Assembly (NCBI GenBank): GCA_013239625.1
Contig: MU054323.1
Span: 18,370,819 to 18,434,818 of the forward strand
Direction of reading: 5' to 3'
Source of the DNA: Lama guanicoe
Lineage: Eukaryota
DNA length: 64,000 nt
Below the pieces are notes generated by a model. The model saw only the letters and a program-made list of their open reading frames with translations. It ran no database searches and had not been told where the DNA came from. A program made the translations under genes and the position numbers. Shown here piece after piece: positions 62,340 to 64,000 of the stretch (position 1 is the first letter of the stretch; each line of letters starts with the position of its first letter).

Positions 62340-62800
62340 TGCTGTCAAGCTGGATAGCTCCATGTGGTGTTCTACATTTAGTCCTGTTAATTTTCCTTAT
62401 TTTATTTTTGACTCATTTTGTTTGTTGTTTGTCGATACTGAAACCATCATATGCTGCCTTTGCTCTATCTTCTTCCTTTTTGTCATCAACAGGTTCATTA
62501 ATTATCCTGTATTTTCACCCACGTAGCTGACAAAGTGTCAGACCTCTCTCCAAGGACTCTTCTACGCCACTCCACTAGAGTCTCCCTTTGGCCAAGCTGA
62601 CGTCAAGCACTACTCTTTGATGGCTATTACTTAATGGCTGCATAATCCAGCCTTCTTTGACCTCCTATGTCTTTGTCTTGGCATGTGAATATGATGAAAG
62701 CTTTTCTCAAATGTCTTGTTGAAGTGAAAGCACAGGATACTCATGGTATTTTTGTGGTCTTACGACTAGGAACTATGTCAAAAGACAGAAATAGACAGTG
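62340..62800 (-). mobile_element. L3/CR1 LINE RT-domain remnant
   Basis: Reverse translation near 62700-62748 MSILCFHFNKTFEKS resembles the CR1 RT motif VDIVYLDFSKAFDKV; tttgtcatcaacagg at ~62480 is near the FADD position; L2 tail follows at ~62795-62905. Confidence 0.6.
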
Positions 62801-63198
62801 AATTCCTTGAGGGCAGACACCGTATCCTATCCATTCCTGGGTTCCCAGTTTCAGACCCAGTAACTCCATGACATGTAAGTATATGCTCCATAATTATTTA
62901 TTGGGAGTGTCATATTTTTGAAGAAGTTGCTTTGTGGTCCTAGCTATGCCCGATTCTTGCTCCAAGAATCTGGGTTCTAAATCTGAAACAAAAAAGTGCT
63001 AAAAAGTTCTAAGGTGCCTTTCAGGTACAAACTTCCATCTAGAGCAATCACTCCTTACTTTGTAACAAAGTGGAGTGATGACCCATTTCCCCTAACTCTA
63101 TTTAGTTTTCTGAAATTCAAAATATATATAATTTAGTAGGTCACTACATCCTGAGACAAAAGCGGTGTGTTGTTTCCACATTGTGTAAAGCAAATACT

Positions 63199-63257
63199 TA
63201 ATCATATTTAATTAAATATGGTTATAACATTAATCATATCTAATTTAATATTGACTA
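63199..63257. repeat. 26-bp AT-rich palindrome with a diverged tandem copy
   Basis: taatcatatttaattaaatatggtta (63199-63224, one G:T pair); second copy taatcatatctaatttaatattgacta at 63231. Confidence 0.8.
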
Positions 63258-64000
63258 GAGACTCAGTATGATGCCAACCATTTGTAAGTTTGGAAAAATA
63301 ACACAGGCTGAAGTTTTCATCCACCTGTTTAACATATGTAAATATGCACCCCAAACCTCAAAACACTCTGTTGGAAGAGCAGTAATCTTAGCATTAGTAG
63401 ATTGACAGTTCTGGGGAATGAATGAACCTTTAATGACTCATCTGCAATAGGTCCTTCCAAGAGGAAGGGCTACTATTTTAATATGTTAAACTGAAGAATT
63501 CCATGACAACTAAGAGAAAGATGCATGACTTACATGTTAGCTTCATACAGACTAAGAGAATTACGACATACATATTCTAAAAAACCCTAGTGTCTCCATT
63601 TGCTGTGGCTAATTAGTGTGTGGGTAATAGAAATGGGGCACACACATCAAACACAAATTGGCTACTTTGTCCCACAAATTGCTTCCACCTGCCTCCTACT
63701 GGGAGTCACACTGACTTCTTGGCCATTTTCTTCCCATAAATGGATTTGGTTATAGGATTGGAAAATTGAGTATGCTGTGTTTTCAGCAGCTTTAGTTTCA
63801 TGGGGTTTATGAATGAAATCTACTGTTTTTACTAAAAAGAGCAACTTACCAAGCGATTTGGTGGATGAGGGGGTTATTGAGACACATGGGGAATGGATGG
63901 AGGTGTTAATTTCAGGGGGAAAAACATACACAGAAAATATTCAACTTCTGCTGTCCCTCAAGGTGATGAATTAGTTTAATCTTTTTAGATTAGTTCCAGA

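Noticed and set aside
1..64000. Short six-frame ORFs (60-180 aa) as protein-coding genes
   Set aside because: Eukaryotic non-coding DNA. Many begin at TTG/GTG, overlap repeats, and show no recognisable domain; only L1-derived peptides are identifiable.

Overview
Mammalian non-coding DNA (AT-rich, CpG-depleted), either intergenic or deep inside a large intron. I recognise no host protein-coding exon. The only ORF-track entries with recognisable homology are broken LINE-1 ORF1/ORF2 pieces. Four copies of a tRNA-derived SINE that I recognise as the camelid Vic-1 type, plus an internally deleted Tigger1 and cetartiodactyl-style L1 3' ends, point to a camelid genome (inference). Other content is a 3.8 kb degenerate L1, many L1 tails, an ERV1-like solo LTR, MaLR LTRs, and old MIR/L2/L3/hAT fossils. 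Repeat-poor, homeodomain-motif-rich blocks look like developmental enhancers. The most notable structures are four. (1) Two L1 insertions stacked at one target site, giving three copies of the TSD, one twin-primed and one with a probable 3' transduction (23.3-24.1 kb). (2) An L1 whose 5' UTR is joined directly to mid-endonuclease ORF2, possibly a spliced retrocopy. (3) A twin-primed L1 lacking all of ORF2. (4) An unexplained gap-free ~75%-identical direct repeat at 8.4 and 10.6 kb. I see no evidence for a new protein-coding system. Repeat family names come from recalled consensus sequences, not a database search, and boundaries of old repeats are approximate.
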